The position numbers and the translations under genes were made by a program. Of a stretch of DNA of 64,000 nucleotides, positions 41,314 through 51,054 are shown piece by piece. Origin of the DNA: Pseudomonadales bacterium (GTDB lineage Bacteria > Patescibacteriota > Microgenomatia > UBA1400 > PJMF01). Location of the stretch: contig JACKFW010000001.1 of NCBI GenBank assembly GCA_020632265.1, positions 337,892-401,891 of the forward strand, in the 5' to 3' direction. Position 1 is the stretch's first letter. The number at the start of each line of letters is the position of its first letter. The notes under the pieces are model-generated. The model was given only the letters and a program-made list of their open reading frames with translations. It had not been told where the DNA came from and did not search any database.

Positions 41314-43347
41314 ATGAATAAATTGGAAAGAGAGAGAAATTCTGATGATGATAAATGGGATTGGATTTTAATTAGTGGATTAATGAAAACGGCGATTGAA
41401 CAAGAATGGGCACCCGTTGAATTGGCAAGTAAAAAAATCACCCCAGAACTATCTAAGATAAAATTTAAATTAGAATTAGAACTTAAGAGTAAAGGTTTCC
41501 CAGGAACAATTGCTTTTTTTATAAACACTCAGGCTACCAAATTTGATGGATCAAGAAGTGGTGCAATTATTGGTACACCAATTTATTATGGAGCAAGTGA
41601 AAAAAAAATTCGAACTGTAAGTGGTTTATTTTTTCCTAAAAATATGATTTTAGATCCTAAGGAAATTAATAAAATCAATCAGATAATTAAATTGAGCATC
41701 GACAGTCTGAATTCGTCTCAAACCAAACTTCAAAGATCAGACAAATCTTTAATTATTATTCAAAAATATCCAATTTTAGCTGTATCAGTAGAGTTGCATC
41801 AATCCTGGAAAAATGGAACACCAATGATCTTTGTTCCACCTGAAATTTTAAAATACAATCAAGATCAATCAACTGTAACTCCACATCAGAGAGATGTAGA
41901 AAATATGGAGGATTGGCGACAATTAACTCCGGAAAATGAGCCGGGAGAGTTTCTAACCCGTCAATATTTCCCAGCTCTCTTGGAAGGTCTTAAATTACTA
42001 TTAAGTAAAAAATATTTGCCTTCTGAAATACAAGATAAATCAAATAATAATCCATTTACAATTCTCAAGGACAAAAATGAAAAAACAGTTCATTTATCAT
42101 TTTCCGTTTTTGGATTGTTATCAACAAGTCACAACCGTGCTTTAAAAGATATTGCCTTTCAATCTCATGCTTCTTGTTCCTTAGTGTTAAGTCCTCTATT
42201 TAATATGGGTACTGAGTTTGGTGTCGAAGAATTAATATATTTGGAATCACTAAGAGAATTAGGATTGAGAGATAATTCTGATTCAGAAACTGACCCCGAA
42301 GATCAACAACATAAAATGGGAGTAGATTTTGCAGGTGTAAATAATTATCTCTCAGAACCAGATCATAAGCCCGATCAAACATGCAATTGTCCTTTACACA
42401 AATATCACACAATTTATCAAGGTACTAAAGCCTTGGACATAAATTGGGGTTCATCCCAGCTTCATCATATTGTACCCAGAGGATTAGCATATTATGCACT
42501 TTTAGTTGCTTACATGAAAGGCTATATCAATGAGAATACTCCTCCAAGAAACATGATGCTTTTACTAAGAGGTGCAAAAATAAGCACACTTGTAAGCCGC
42601 AAAAATTGGGGACTTTTTGAAGATGAAGAAAAGATTGAGAAATTATTTGAAGTTCTTCCAACCTTGTTGCAAACAATTGATCTAGCAGTGAACTCTCCAT
42701 ATAATCTGATGCCATTATGTGTATCATGTCACGAAGAAATTCACCCAGATATGAGATACGTTGAAGAAATTGCTGGATTCATGCATCAAATTAATGAAGG
42801 TAAAATCACTATCAATCAAATTAATGACAAAACAATTGAGGAAATTATAAAAGGGAGATGGAAAATGTTTGCTCCCAAAGAACCAAATAAAATGTTTGTT
42901 CTTTTGCATCAAGCTAGACAAATAATTTTTGGACAAGGAACACTTTATCACTTGGTTTATAAACCATCAAAAAAAACTGAAGAACCAAGTTTAGACTTAA
43001 TGGATCAAATGTTAAGCCATGCAAGACTTGTTGCTGACAAATGGTTTGAAGAGCAAACAACTCTTGTGAGTAATTATATTCTAGATGATGATAATTGGTT
43101 GTTTGATAAATCAAAATGGAAAATTCTAAATCAAATTCAAAATATTGGACTTCATCAAACATGGATTCTTGCCGTTAAAATATCAAGTGCTAATCTAAAT
43201 AAACTCACAACAGAAGAAGAAAAATTAATTGAAGAATTAATAGCTAATCATGATAATTTTGACTTACAATGTGCGAAAATATTTTTAGACGTTATTAAAA
43301 TTTTAAAAATCAAACAGCCCTTTATTAAGAGAGTGATGAAAAAATAA
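41314..43347 (+). CDS. large HNH-endonuclease-domain protein
   Basis: 677-aa ORF. The central region has CNCP...HHIVPRG...NSPYNLMPLCVSCHEEIH (zinc-finger HNH). The flanking 300-aa regions are unrecognised. Confidence 0.55.
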   Translation: MNKLERERNSDDDKWDWILISGLMKTAIEQEWAPVELASKKITPELSKIKFKLELELKSKGFPGTIAFFINTQATKFDGSRSGAIIGTPIYYGASEKKIRTVSGLFFPKNMILDPKEINKINQIIKLSIDSLNSSQTKLQRSDKSLIIIQKYPILAVSVELHQSWKNGTPMIFVPPEILKYNQDQSTVTPHQRDVENMEDWRQLTPENEPGEFLTRQYFPALLEGLKLLLSKKYLPSEIQDKSNNNPFTILKDKNEKTVHLSFSVFGLLSTSHNRALKDIAFQSHASCSLVLSPLFNMGTEFGVEELIYLESLRELGLRDNSDSETDPEDQQHKMGVDFAGVNNYLSEPDHKPDQTCNCPLHKYHTIYQGTKALDINWGSSQLHHIVPRGLAYYALLVAYMKGYINENTPPRNMMLLLRGAKISTLVSRKNWGLFEDEEKIEKLFEVLPTLLQTIDLAVNSPYNLMPLCVSCHEEIHPDMRYVEEIAGFMHQINEGKITINQINDKTIEEIIKGRWKMFAPKEPNKMFVLLHQARQIIFGQGTLYHLVYKPSKKTEEPSLDLMDQMLSHARLVADKWFEEQTTLVSNYILDDDNWLFDKSKWKILNQIQNIGLHQTWILAVKISSANLNKLTTEEEKLIEELIANHDNFDLQCAKIFLDVIKILKIKQPFIKRVMKK

Positions 43348-43481
43348 TCATTATATTTTTCGTCTGTAAAAATCGATTCCATACTTATAAACTTAGGAAC
43401 AAATTATGAAATTTGATATATTAACAATCATGAAACAATTGATTGAAATTATATAATTTTTATAAAACTAATAATTTTTAT

Positions 43482-44177
43482 TTAGCAAGACTCAATTTTT
43501 TTGGGTGTAGATGCGGCAATAATATATTTATTAAAAAAATTAGTGAATATCGAAATATCTGAAGCTAAAAGTGCCTCAGATAGCTTCAAAACGATATTTA
43601 TCCCCAAATATGTTAACTCAATTATTATCTCTTCAAGTAATGCATTATCATCTTCTGGCACTTTCGAACCTGGAAAATGGTCTTCCATAAACGCATTGAT
43701 AACAACCTTTGCTCTAAAAACAAAATCTGGAAGATTTTCTGGATTATTTAAAGCTATTACAATAGTATTATTGTCAATATCTTCTTCTTTGAGCTGATTC
43801 ACTTTAGCGTCTTCAATTGAAACACCAATATTTTTCATTATATTTACAATAACTGGATTTGGTTTTCCCTGATACTTATCTGGGGTGGCATGCGAACCAG
43901 CACTTTCTATAATGACTGGCATGCCTAGTTTTCTTGATATATAAGATATTATTGCAGCCTCTACTTGACTTCTACCTTGATTTTGATCGCATATAACAAG
44001 AACTTTTAATGTACTAATATAACTATCCCATTCTCTTGAACACGGACAATACTCCCCTATATTATCCAAAAATCTATAAAGAGAATGATAACTTAATCCC
44101 TGAATTAATATGGCACGATCAATCATAAATAGAAATTCAGCTGGACTTGATTTTCGATTATTAAATTCTAAGTTCAT
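43482..44177 (-). CDS. low-molecular-weight protein-tyrosine-phosphatase/ArsC-fold protein
   Basis: P-loop VLVICDQNQGRSQVEAAI, matching the C-X5-R-S signature. Confidence 0.45.
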   Translation of the reverse strand: MNLEFNNRKSSPAEFLFMIDRAILIQGLSYHSLYRFLDNIGEYCPCSREWDSYISTLKVLVICDQNQGRSQVEAAIISYISRKLGMPVIIESAGSHATPDKYQGKPNPVIVNIMKNIGVSIEDAKVNQLKEEDIDNNTIVIALNNPENLPDFVFRAKVVINAFMEDHFPGSKVPEDDNALLEEIIIELTYLGINIVLKLSEALLASDISIFTNFFNKYIIAASTPKKIESC

Positions 44178-44457
44178 AGTTATTATTATATCAAAATATA
44201 TTAATCAGAAGATCTCTTTATAACTTAAATATCAAAATTTATGAGCTAAAAAATTCCAAACTCCATTTCTGCTTCTTTCACGTTACTGCTATTTTGCAAT
44301 TAAAATGTATTATTAGGGGAGTGGGTCAAAAATAAAGTAGTATGCGAGGAAACAAGTGCGTAAACCAACTCATAGATTGTTTGAGTGTCATTTAATATAG
44401 AGTGATGATTGACAAATGTGTGTTTTTTAGATATCAATAATAGACATTATTAAATCA

Positions 44458-44988
44458 ATGTGGAGATATTATATGGTAGATGCATCAAAATTTGAAAATC
44501 TTTATAGTCCTAGAAGTGAATTATTTGCAGCTTTGAAAGTTGATACAAATCCAACAGAAGAAGAATTAAGAGCAAAAAATCAATTTTGTACTGCAATTGA
44601 TACGGATGAATTTATTGTTGCAAGTGATAAAAAAAATGAAATTATAGAACTATTTGATAATATTCTCATAGCAATCAAATTTGCTGATGAGCTCAAAAAT
44701 CATTCAGGAAACAGATCTTCCCTTTCTCTAATAGATTCTGATGAAAATTATCGTACTGCTTATAATAATATTGTTAAGTTAAAAAAAATGTGGGATCCTG
44801 ATGCCAATCAAGATGTTGGATTATTACTCACTTGTCTTGAGCATGCCAAAAATCCAGTTCCATATATAGATATTAGAGCATTAGCAAATGGGGAAAATCC
44901 TCAAGCACAAGAGGCTAATCAAATTCGTAGAATCAATGGTATTCTTGATAACATTACAAGGTTTTTAACACAGCCTATTAACTTATAA
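44458..44988 (+). CDS. hypothetical protein
   Basis: 176-aa ORF with no recognisable motif. Its C-terminus is duplicated as a fragment at 45051-45205. Confidence 0.5.
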   Translation: MWRYYMVDASKFENLYSPRSELFAALKVDTNPTEEELRAKNQFCTAIDTDEFIVASDKKNEIIELFDNILIAIKFADELKNHSGNRSSLSLIDSDENYRTAYNNIVKLKKMWDPDANQDVGLLLTCLEHAKNPVPYIDIRALANGENPQAQEANQIRRINGILDNITRFLTQPINL

Positions 44989-45050
44989 CTGAATTAAATA
45001 ATAATTATATTTACCTATAGATGTAGTAGTTTAATTTTATCTCAATTCTT

Positions 45051-45205
45051 CAGGAAACTTCGACAAAGTTGATGAACCCAATATTGATATGAGAAGATTC
45101 GAAGATCTTGATGATCCTGAAGTACTTGAAGCTGTTGAAATAAGAAAAATCAATAGTGTTCTCAGTGAGATTACATCATTCCTAACAAATCCTATTAATT
45201 TTTAA
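45051..45205 (+). pseudogene. 3-prime fragment paralogous to the C-terminus of the 44458..44988 gene
   Basis: Its translation ...EVLEAVEIRKINSVLSEITSFLTNPINF* parallels ...AQEANQIRRINGILDNITRFLTQPINL* of the upstream gene. There is no start codon or N-terminal region. Confidence 0.55.
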
Positions 45206-45642
45206 AGAATGATTTTCCATAATATATAAGAAACTTTCACGAAATTGGTCGTTTGTTTATGTATTATGATTTAATGATAATAATACCACTGTAAATTATT
45301 ATTATGTGGGTTAATTATGACTTATAAAGAAATAGATAGACAACATTCACTTATTACTCCATACATATTTAATAGACAATAAACAAATTTTTTGATTCTG
45401 AAACATTTTAAAGTGTGATCGAACAGACTCCTTTTGGTGCTTAAGAAGAAGTACTTATTGCAAATGATAAACCCCAATCTAGTGTAGATTCTTACAAACT
45501 AAGAGCTAATGTAAGTCGGGGTCTTGAACAAGAAATCGGGTGAATTCGTTATATAGTTGATAAAATAAGTTTCACTCCAAATGGAAAAAACCAAATAATA
45601 ACAATTGAAGAATTTATACCAAAAGAAGGTCCGTTACCTGGA

Positions 45643-45855
45643 TTGCCTATTTTATCAGAGAAAAGAACAGTTGCCCTGATTGATAAGCCCAATAAGATTG
45701 TGCTCAAAATTTTTAAGCTTAATGGCAAAGAAGTTTCTGTTTTTGATTATGTTTCTGATCAATCTGAGATTTCAAATTATCCATTAAGTTCACAAAGCTT
45801 TTTTGTCACCGATGAAGAAGAAAAACTTATAGGATTGTTAGAAATAACATTTTAA
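45643..45855 (+). CDS. small hypothetical protein (TTG start)
   Basis: 70-aa ORF with a non-ATG start. Confidence 0.3.
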   Translation: MPILSEKRTVALIDKPNKIVLKIFKLNGKEVSVFDYVSDQSEISNYPLSSQSFFVTDEEEKLIGLLEITF

Positions 45856-45916
45856 AACTTCCTTTAACCCTCCAATCTTTTTGTAAAGTAATGCATGCAA
45901 AATGTTAAAGTAGCTT

Positions 45917-45990
45917 GAAGAAAAGTGGTGCTTCCCATCCATCTGCCTACTCGAACCCTGCGCGAGATGTTTGTGATTATCCCACCTGCC
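45917..45990. repeat. cassette-array repeat, R-module plus divergent T-like tail (most distal copy)
   Basis: gaaaagtggtgcttcccatccatctgcctactcgaacc...gagatgtttgtgattatcccacc. Matches the 61013-61140 copy. Confidence 0.55.
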
Positions 45991-46081
45991 AGTTTATTTT
46001 CCCATCTTTGTATAATTACAAGGAAGTTATCACTAATCGATAGTTCAGTCTCGACTGATGGCTGATGTATATCTTCGTATA

Positions 46082-46786
46082 TTATTTGGGTGAATTTTTA
46101 ATTGCTGAATATGCAGGATTTTCATAACGATAGTTAAATCTGTCTTCGCAAATAACTGGATAAGGTTCATTATCAAATGCTAGGTGAAAATCTTTATCCA
46201 TACTAGCTAAACTTCCAATATTAGCAATAAGTTTCAAAGATTCTGTATGACGATCACTATATAGAAAAATTCTTATATCAAAAGAACCTCGATAATAGTT
46301 ATTTAAATATTCGTAATATTCCTTTTTACTCATGATATTTTTTAACTTTATATTTTCTGGGTCGTTTTCGTCCAGACCATATTGCCAGTTTACCACTTCG
46401 TAGCCTGATTCATTAGAAGGAATTAGAATTGGAAGATATTCATTTTCGATAGCAATATCAATCAATTGCTGTGTATTTCTTCCATATTTCCAACTAATCC
46501 GAGGTTTTGGTTCAGTTGCAGACAGACTCTCAGCCTGCTTCTCAATCTGTCGAAAATGTTCCAATAATCTGAACAGTGCTTTCTCATGTGGTTCTAACTG
46601 AGCCATTAAAGCTTCTCTTTTATCAGCATAGTCATCTTGCTCCACAGTACCAACGACTGCTTTTGATATCCCTGCATCTGGAGTCTCTTTAAATTCATTT
46701 ACCATATCTTGCTCCTTAATAAATACTAATTTCGTACCAATTAGTAGTATATCAAAGAGCAATGTTAAAGAAACAAGAATACTCAA
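46082..46786 (-). CDS. hypothetical cassette protein
   Basis: 234-aa ORF with an N-terminal TM helix. Bounded by repeat copies. Confidence 0.55.
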   Translation of the reverse strand: MSILVSLTLLFDILLIGTKLVFIKEQDMVNEFKETPDAGISKAVVGTVEQDDYADKREALMAQLEPHEKALFRLLEHFRQIEKQAESLSATEPKPRISWKYGRNTQQLIDIAIENEYLPILIPSNESGYEVVNWQYGLDENDPENIKLKNIMSKKEYYEYLNNYYRGSFDIRIFLYSDRHTESLKLIANIGSLASMDKDFHLAFDNEPYPVICEDRFNYRYENPAYSAIKNSPK

Positions 46787-46823
46787 ATTAGAGTGAATTC
46801 AAAAATCTTCTCAAGTGAAAAAA

Positions 46824-46915
46824 GGCTCCCCCCCCCCAACAGGTTGATACTCGAACCAATTTAGTCTGGAAGAAAAATATTGAGAAACCTGTTGTGGGAT
46901 TTTTCTTTGAAAAAA
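46824..46915. repeat. cassette-array repeat, R+T form, with C10 homopolymer
   Basis: ggctcc(c)10aacaggttgatactcgaacc + aatttagtctggaagaaaaatattgagaaacctgttgtgggatttttctttg. Confidence 0.8.
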
Positions 46916-46939
46916 TGGAAAAATATTTATTTTGAAAAT

Positions 46940-47338
46940 TTATTGAAACAGCTTAGCAGACTTTAAACTCAAAGTTTGTAAAGTTGTACCTCTTTCTTCC
47001 AAAACTTCACTAAGTATACTTTCCTCAACATTGCTTAGCTTGGCACTAGGCATATCAGTTGAAAGAAATCTAACAGTTAATCCAAAATATTGAATATCAT
47101 TAATGCTGGGGAATAACTCTGCTGCACATAGATTAATCTTATCACTCACAGATAATTCATCAGGAGATAAAATTTGCATAATTCTCGTTTTTATAATGTT
47201 GGGGCGATCTGGAAATTCCTTCGTAGCACTTTCTTTAGCATTTAAATAATTTTTTTCATCAAATTCCAACCTACTGCCAGATTTGGTTGAAATCATAGCA
47301 ATTTTACCTTGATAGGAAAAAAATTCATAATTACTCAT
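46940..47338 (-). CDS. hypothetical cassette protein
   Basis: 132-aa ORF. Confidence 0.5.
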   Translation of the reverse strand: MSNYEFFSYQGKIAMISTKSGSRLEFDEKNYLNAKESATKEFPDRPNIIKTRIMQILSPDELSVSDKINLCAAELFPSINDIQYFGLTVRFLSTDMPSAKLSNVEESILSEVLEERGTTLQTLSLKSAKLFQ

Positions 47339-47385
47339 ATCAAAACTCCTTAAATATTTCTTATATTATATCAAACAATTAAAAC

Positions 47386-47530
47386 TCGGTTTGAATCCCA
47401 GGCAAACCCGTCCTATTGGGGCATGTATATTAAAAAAAATTGATATATAGATGTAATTAAGCCTATAATTTTAAAGCTCCCCCAACAGGTTGATACTCGA
47501 ACTGAGGAGTGGGTGGAAAGATACTTAAGA
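47386..47530. repeat. cassette-array repeat, full L-S-R form
   Basis: ggtttgaatcccaggcaaacccgtcctattgggg | AT-rich 55 nt | gctcccccaacaggttgatactcgaactgaggagtgggtggaaagatactt. Confidence 0.85.
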
Positions 47531-47604
47531 TTAAATACATTTCAGAAGGAGTATTTAGTTAAATAAACAAAAAATATTTCCAAAAACTTGCTACAATTAA
47601 TTTA

Positions 47605-48231
47605 ATGAACGAAAAAAAATCAGATGATCTTCCTTTCTCACTAAAATCAATTGCATTATTGGTGATTGATATGCAAGTTGACTTTTACTCTAATAATGGC
47701 TCTGCATCAAAAAAAGGTAAGCCCGTCAAGAAAATGCAAGAAATGTCAAAAAAACTCGATTTTTTCATTAAACATTATGGAAAGTTATTCAATCTAATCA
47801 TTTTCACTAAGTATATATCTGACAAATCTATTACTCCCCAAAACTTTCTTAGACTATCCAAAAAAGATGGATATAGTCTTATGTGTCAAAAAGGTAGTGG
47901 ATTAGAAAAAATTGATGGAGTCGAAATTCCAGACTATGCCTTTGTTATAGAAAAACCTCAATTTGATTCATTTGCATATATAAGCCTTTTAAAGATGTTG
48001 CGGGAAAAAGACATAAAAACTCTTGTAATTACTGGTGTGAGAACTGAAATATGTATTGATGCTACTGCAAAGAGAGCTTTCGCCGAAGGATTTGACACTA
48101 TAATACTTCGGGATTTAGTTGGCACATATGACGACAGGCAAAAAATTCAAGATTTTGTATTAGAACTCTTCAATAAGTATTCTGGTTACGTTTTTACAAG
48201 TAATGAATTTATCAAAATGTTTGAGAAATAG
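47605..48231 (+). CDS. isochorismatase-family cysteine hydrolase
   Basis: ALLVIDMQVDF, K, and the LVITGVRTEICIDATAKRAF catalytic-Cys region. It is the only plus-strand gene inside the array. Confidence 0.75.
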   Translation: MNEKKSDDLPFSLKSIALLVIDMQVDFYSNNGSASKKGKPVKKMQEMSKKLDFFIKHYGKLFNLIIFTKYISDKSITPQNFLRLSKKDGYSLMCQKGSGLEKIDGVEIPDYAFVIEKPQFDSFAYISLLKMLREKDIKTLVITGVRTEICIDATAKRAFAEGFDTIILRDLVGTYDDRQKIQDFVLELFNKYSGYVFTSNEFIKMFEK

Positions 48232-48339
48232 TTTACTTTAATCAAACAAATATAATACCCTCACAATAGTTTGTTACTTATTATAGACAATGGGTAAAAT
48301 ACTAGTTTCTACCAACAATTATAAATAGACAAATATAAC

Positions 48340-48460
48340 TCAGTTCGATTCCCGGAATAAGTGGTCTTATCAGGTTTATAATTATTGAGAAAAGATTAAT
48401 ATATTCATAAATTTGCCAATAATTTAATGGCTCGCCATCGTTGACCAAGTTGAAAATTGC
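48340..48460. repeat. cassette-array repeat, divergent full-length copy
   Basis: cagttcgattcccggaataagtggtcttatcagg | AT-rich | ggctcgccatcgttgaccaagttgaaaattgc. About 70% identical to the consensus. Confidence 0.55.
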
Positions 48461-48461
48461 T

Positions 48462-49052
48462 TTACTTGAGATTATCCACAGTTATAATCTTATTAATCAT
48501 AATTTTTGAATCTTTAATGCTGACTTTACGTATTGAAGCCTTTGGTTGATATTCTGCTGTAGGGATATTATATATTTTTATATTATCTGATATCTTTTTT
48601 TTGGAAAAATATACATACATCAAACATAATGGGTCACCATGGGAACAAATTACGATATTTTCATCTTCTGAATGATCGCTAATTAAAGACTTTAAAAAAT
48701 CTACTACTCTTTTATAAATATCATCAGGACTCTCTCCTCCTAAATCATCAATATTTTTAAAAAAAAGAGACCAATCCATTTCCCAATAACCTTGAAAAGC
48801 AGAATGTGTTTCTAGTAATCTTTGATCATAAATAATAGGAATCTTACTATTTGAGATAATTTCACTTGTTTGTTTACATCTTCTAACTGCTGAGGAATAA
48901 ATCTTGCTAATATCTTTAGTTAAAAAATAATTTTGTAACTTTCTTGCTTCATTTTCACCAGCTTGCGAAAGTCGGACGGGCAATCTTCCTACGAGTATTT
49001 GTAAAGGATTATCATATTGAGCATGTCGTACCAAATATATATTTTTTTTCAT
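48462..49052 (-). CDS. histidine phosphatase (phosphoglycerate-mutase-like) family protein
   Basis: IYLVRHAQ (RHG-type motif), a distal His in the ICSHGD region. Confidence 0.6.
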   Translation of the reverse strand: MKKNIYLVRHAQYDNPLQILVGRLPVRLSQAGENEARKLQNYFLTKDISKIYSSAVRRCKQTSEIISNSKIPIIYDQRLLETHSAFQGYWEMDWSLFFKNIDDLGGESPDDIYKRVVDFLKSLISDHSEDENIVICSHGDPLCLMYVYFSKKKISDNIKIYNIPTAEYQPKASIRKVSIKDSKIMINKIITVDNLK

Positions 49053-49094
49053 TCATCAAATTATACCAAAGGTTCAAGCGTCCCATAAGTGGTA

Positions 49095-49190
49095 TTCAAT
49101 ATTCGAACTGATTTTGTGCAAAATTTATTGAAGGAAATTTGATTTGAGTAAAATTTGCTTGCCCCATTGGACTCGTTACGGAACGGACAC
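49095..49190. repeat. degenerate repeat fragments (TTCGAACTGA end + R-variant gccccattggactcgttacggaacgg)
   Basis: Partial matches to the L end and to the R module variant seen at 55201. Confidence 0.45.
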
Positions 49191-49404
49191 AACTCTCATA
49201 CTGACCATAAGTAAAGAAGACACTGTACTAGTTACAAGTCGGATTATTCATACTACAACATTCATAAAAGAAAATTGCTTGTTTTAGCAACTAATTCTAC
49301 TAGAATTGCTATGCTTCTTTGTTTTCGGCAACTCAGGCGCTGTTTTCAACCAAATTATTAAATGAATATTCGCTACCATATCAACTAGAGTCTATTGTCA
49401 TATC

Positions 49405-49455
49405 TATATTGAGAAAAAAGTGGCTCGCCCCCAGTAGATGTATTCAGGAACCAAA
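49405..49455. repeat. degenerate R-module fragment
   Basis: gaaaaaagtggctcgcccccagtagatgtattcaggaacc. Compare ttgaggaaaaaagtgatgctcccccgacaggttgttactcgaac. Confidence 0.45.
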
Positions 49456-49541
49456 AAAATTGAGTTTGTAATTAACTTACAAAATATCTAATTAGCTTTC
49501 GACACTTTAAAAATTCAATCCACTGTAGCTTTGACAACTGA

Positions 49542-50369
49542 TTAATACTTCAGACTCTGCATAATTTCTTTGGCTTGCTTTAACTCTGGCTTGTTCAAAT
49601 ATTGTTTTGCTTCAATTTCGCTTAATTCTGGTCCACTTAGATTTATATTAGCTGTAGTTAAAATCGCACTGAACCCACCATTGTTTTTGGCAGTAAAGGT
49701 GCCATACTCCATATCTCTCCTCGTCTGAACATCTTCATTTTGAACAGCCACCCAAGGTTTATAAATTTTCCCATCATTAGTTATTGTTCCCATCGCCACG
49801 ACTAAATTTGGAGCACCAGCTATTGGAATCTTTTCAATAATATTAATAAGTGAACAGGATCTGAAATCTGAACCATTTGTTCCAAGTTGAGCTTCTTTGT
49901 CACATCCACCACCTAATCCTTCAATATATGACACCCAAGTCACAACAATGTCTCCACTTGGACTTTGTAAAGAAATCTCGTCTGCTTCTTCCATGTTTGA
50001 TTCAACTTGAGGTTTGATTACAATCCAATCAGAAGGATACTGAAACGTTACTTTTTCAGTCAAAGATGTGTATGTTTCCATTTTAGCATTATTTTCAGTT
50101 GTTAACGAATCATCATTTTCTTTAATATTTGACGCTGTCTCAGGTTGCATCACACGTTCTGATCCATTTGTTGAAAGTTGATTATTATTTTTCTGTTGGC
50201 AAAGATATATCATACTTCCTAGACTTACAACTAATAAAATGCCCAGTATTAAAGTAGCCGTCTTCCAATTGTTTGAAATTGCCCTCTGTTGCACTTGTTC
50301 ACTAATATTCTTGGTTGGTTGTAAAAATTCATTAGCCGATAAAGTAGGTTCTGTTGTGTTATTTTCCAT
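49542..50369 (-). CDS. membrane-anchored hypothetical protein
   Basis: 275-aa ORF with one N-terminal TM helix (WKTATLILGILLVVSLGSMIYL) and an extracytoplasmic domain. Confidence 0.55.
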   Translation of the reverse strand: MENNTTEPTLSANEFLQPTKNISEQVQQRAISNNWKTATLILGILLVVSLGSMIYLCQQKNNNQLSTNGSERVMQPETASNIKENDDSLTTENNAKMETYTSLTEKVTFQYPSDWIVIKPQVESNMEEADEISLQSPSGDIVVTWVSYIEGLGGGCDKEAQLGTNGSDFRSCSLINIIEKIPIAGAPNLVVAMGTITNDGKIYKPWVAVQNEDVQTRRDMEYGTFTAKNNGGFSAILTTANINLSGPELSEIEAKQYLNKPELKQAKEIMQSLKY

Positions 50370-50616
50370 AACTAAATAATAACAGGTTCTAAATAATATA
50401 ACTGAACAAACAATTGAAAAGCCTTAAAGCCCTGTCTGTAAATAGTTTTATTTATATATTGCCTGAAATTAAAAAATGTTTTACTGATTCAAACTAAGAT
50501 GATTAAGCAAGTATTCTCTTTCTCCATCGTCACTTTTTTGCCTATCAATTACTTTTACTATAAGATTATTTTTTTTGCTGTTTTTTCAAAGTGATCTAAT
50601 TCTGACAGTGCAGACA

Positions 50617-51040
50617 TCACCATAAATAGTTTTCCTGTTGGTTGAAAAATAAGTCACTTTCCATAACTTTAATATCTATATCATGTTGTTGAATATTTTG
50701 ACGTGCGTTTTCTACTGCCTTTGGATTAATATCAATCGCGCAACCAGTCGCACCCTGCAAACCAGTCGCATCTTGTAAACCAGTTAAGATTGAGGATGTC
50801 CCCGAACCCGTGGTAACATCAATGATTCTATCTGTTTCACTTACCTCAACATTTGCTACTAAAAGTTTTGTGTCTATGGCTGGTGGAAAAACCCCAGGAT
50901 GTAATATCTATTACTTGAATTAACATCTGAATTGACTTGGTAAAAGCCTTTGCTTTAGCAAAAAAGAATTCTTGGTGTTTTTTAATTTGTTCTTTATCTG
51001 ACATAATACATCTGATTATATCAAGAGTTTGAATGTCCAT
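50617..51040 (-). pseudogene. frameshifted/truncated HemK/PrmC-like SAM-dependent methyltransferase
   Basis: Frame A (50846..51040) gives a 64-aa N-terminal ORF. Frame B (50617-50905) encodes ...GVFPPAIDTKLLVANVEVSETDRIIDVTTGSGTSSILTGL...CAIDINPKAVENARQNI..., which is motif I of N5-glutamine/N6-adenine methyltransferases. The catalytic NPPY half is absent. The frames switch near a G4T5 run (~50893-50905). Confidence 0.5.
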
Positions 51041-51054
51041 TTTAAGGTAAAAAA

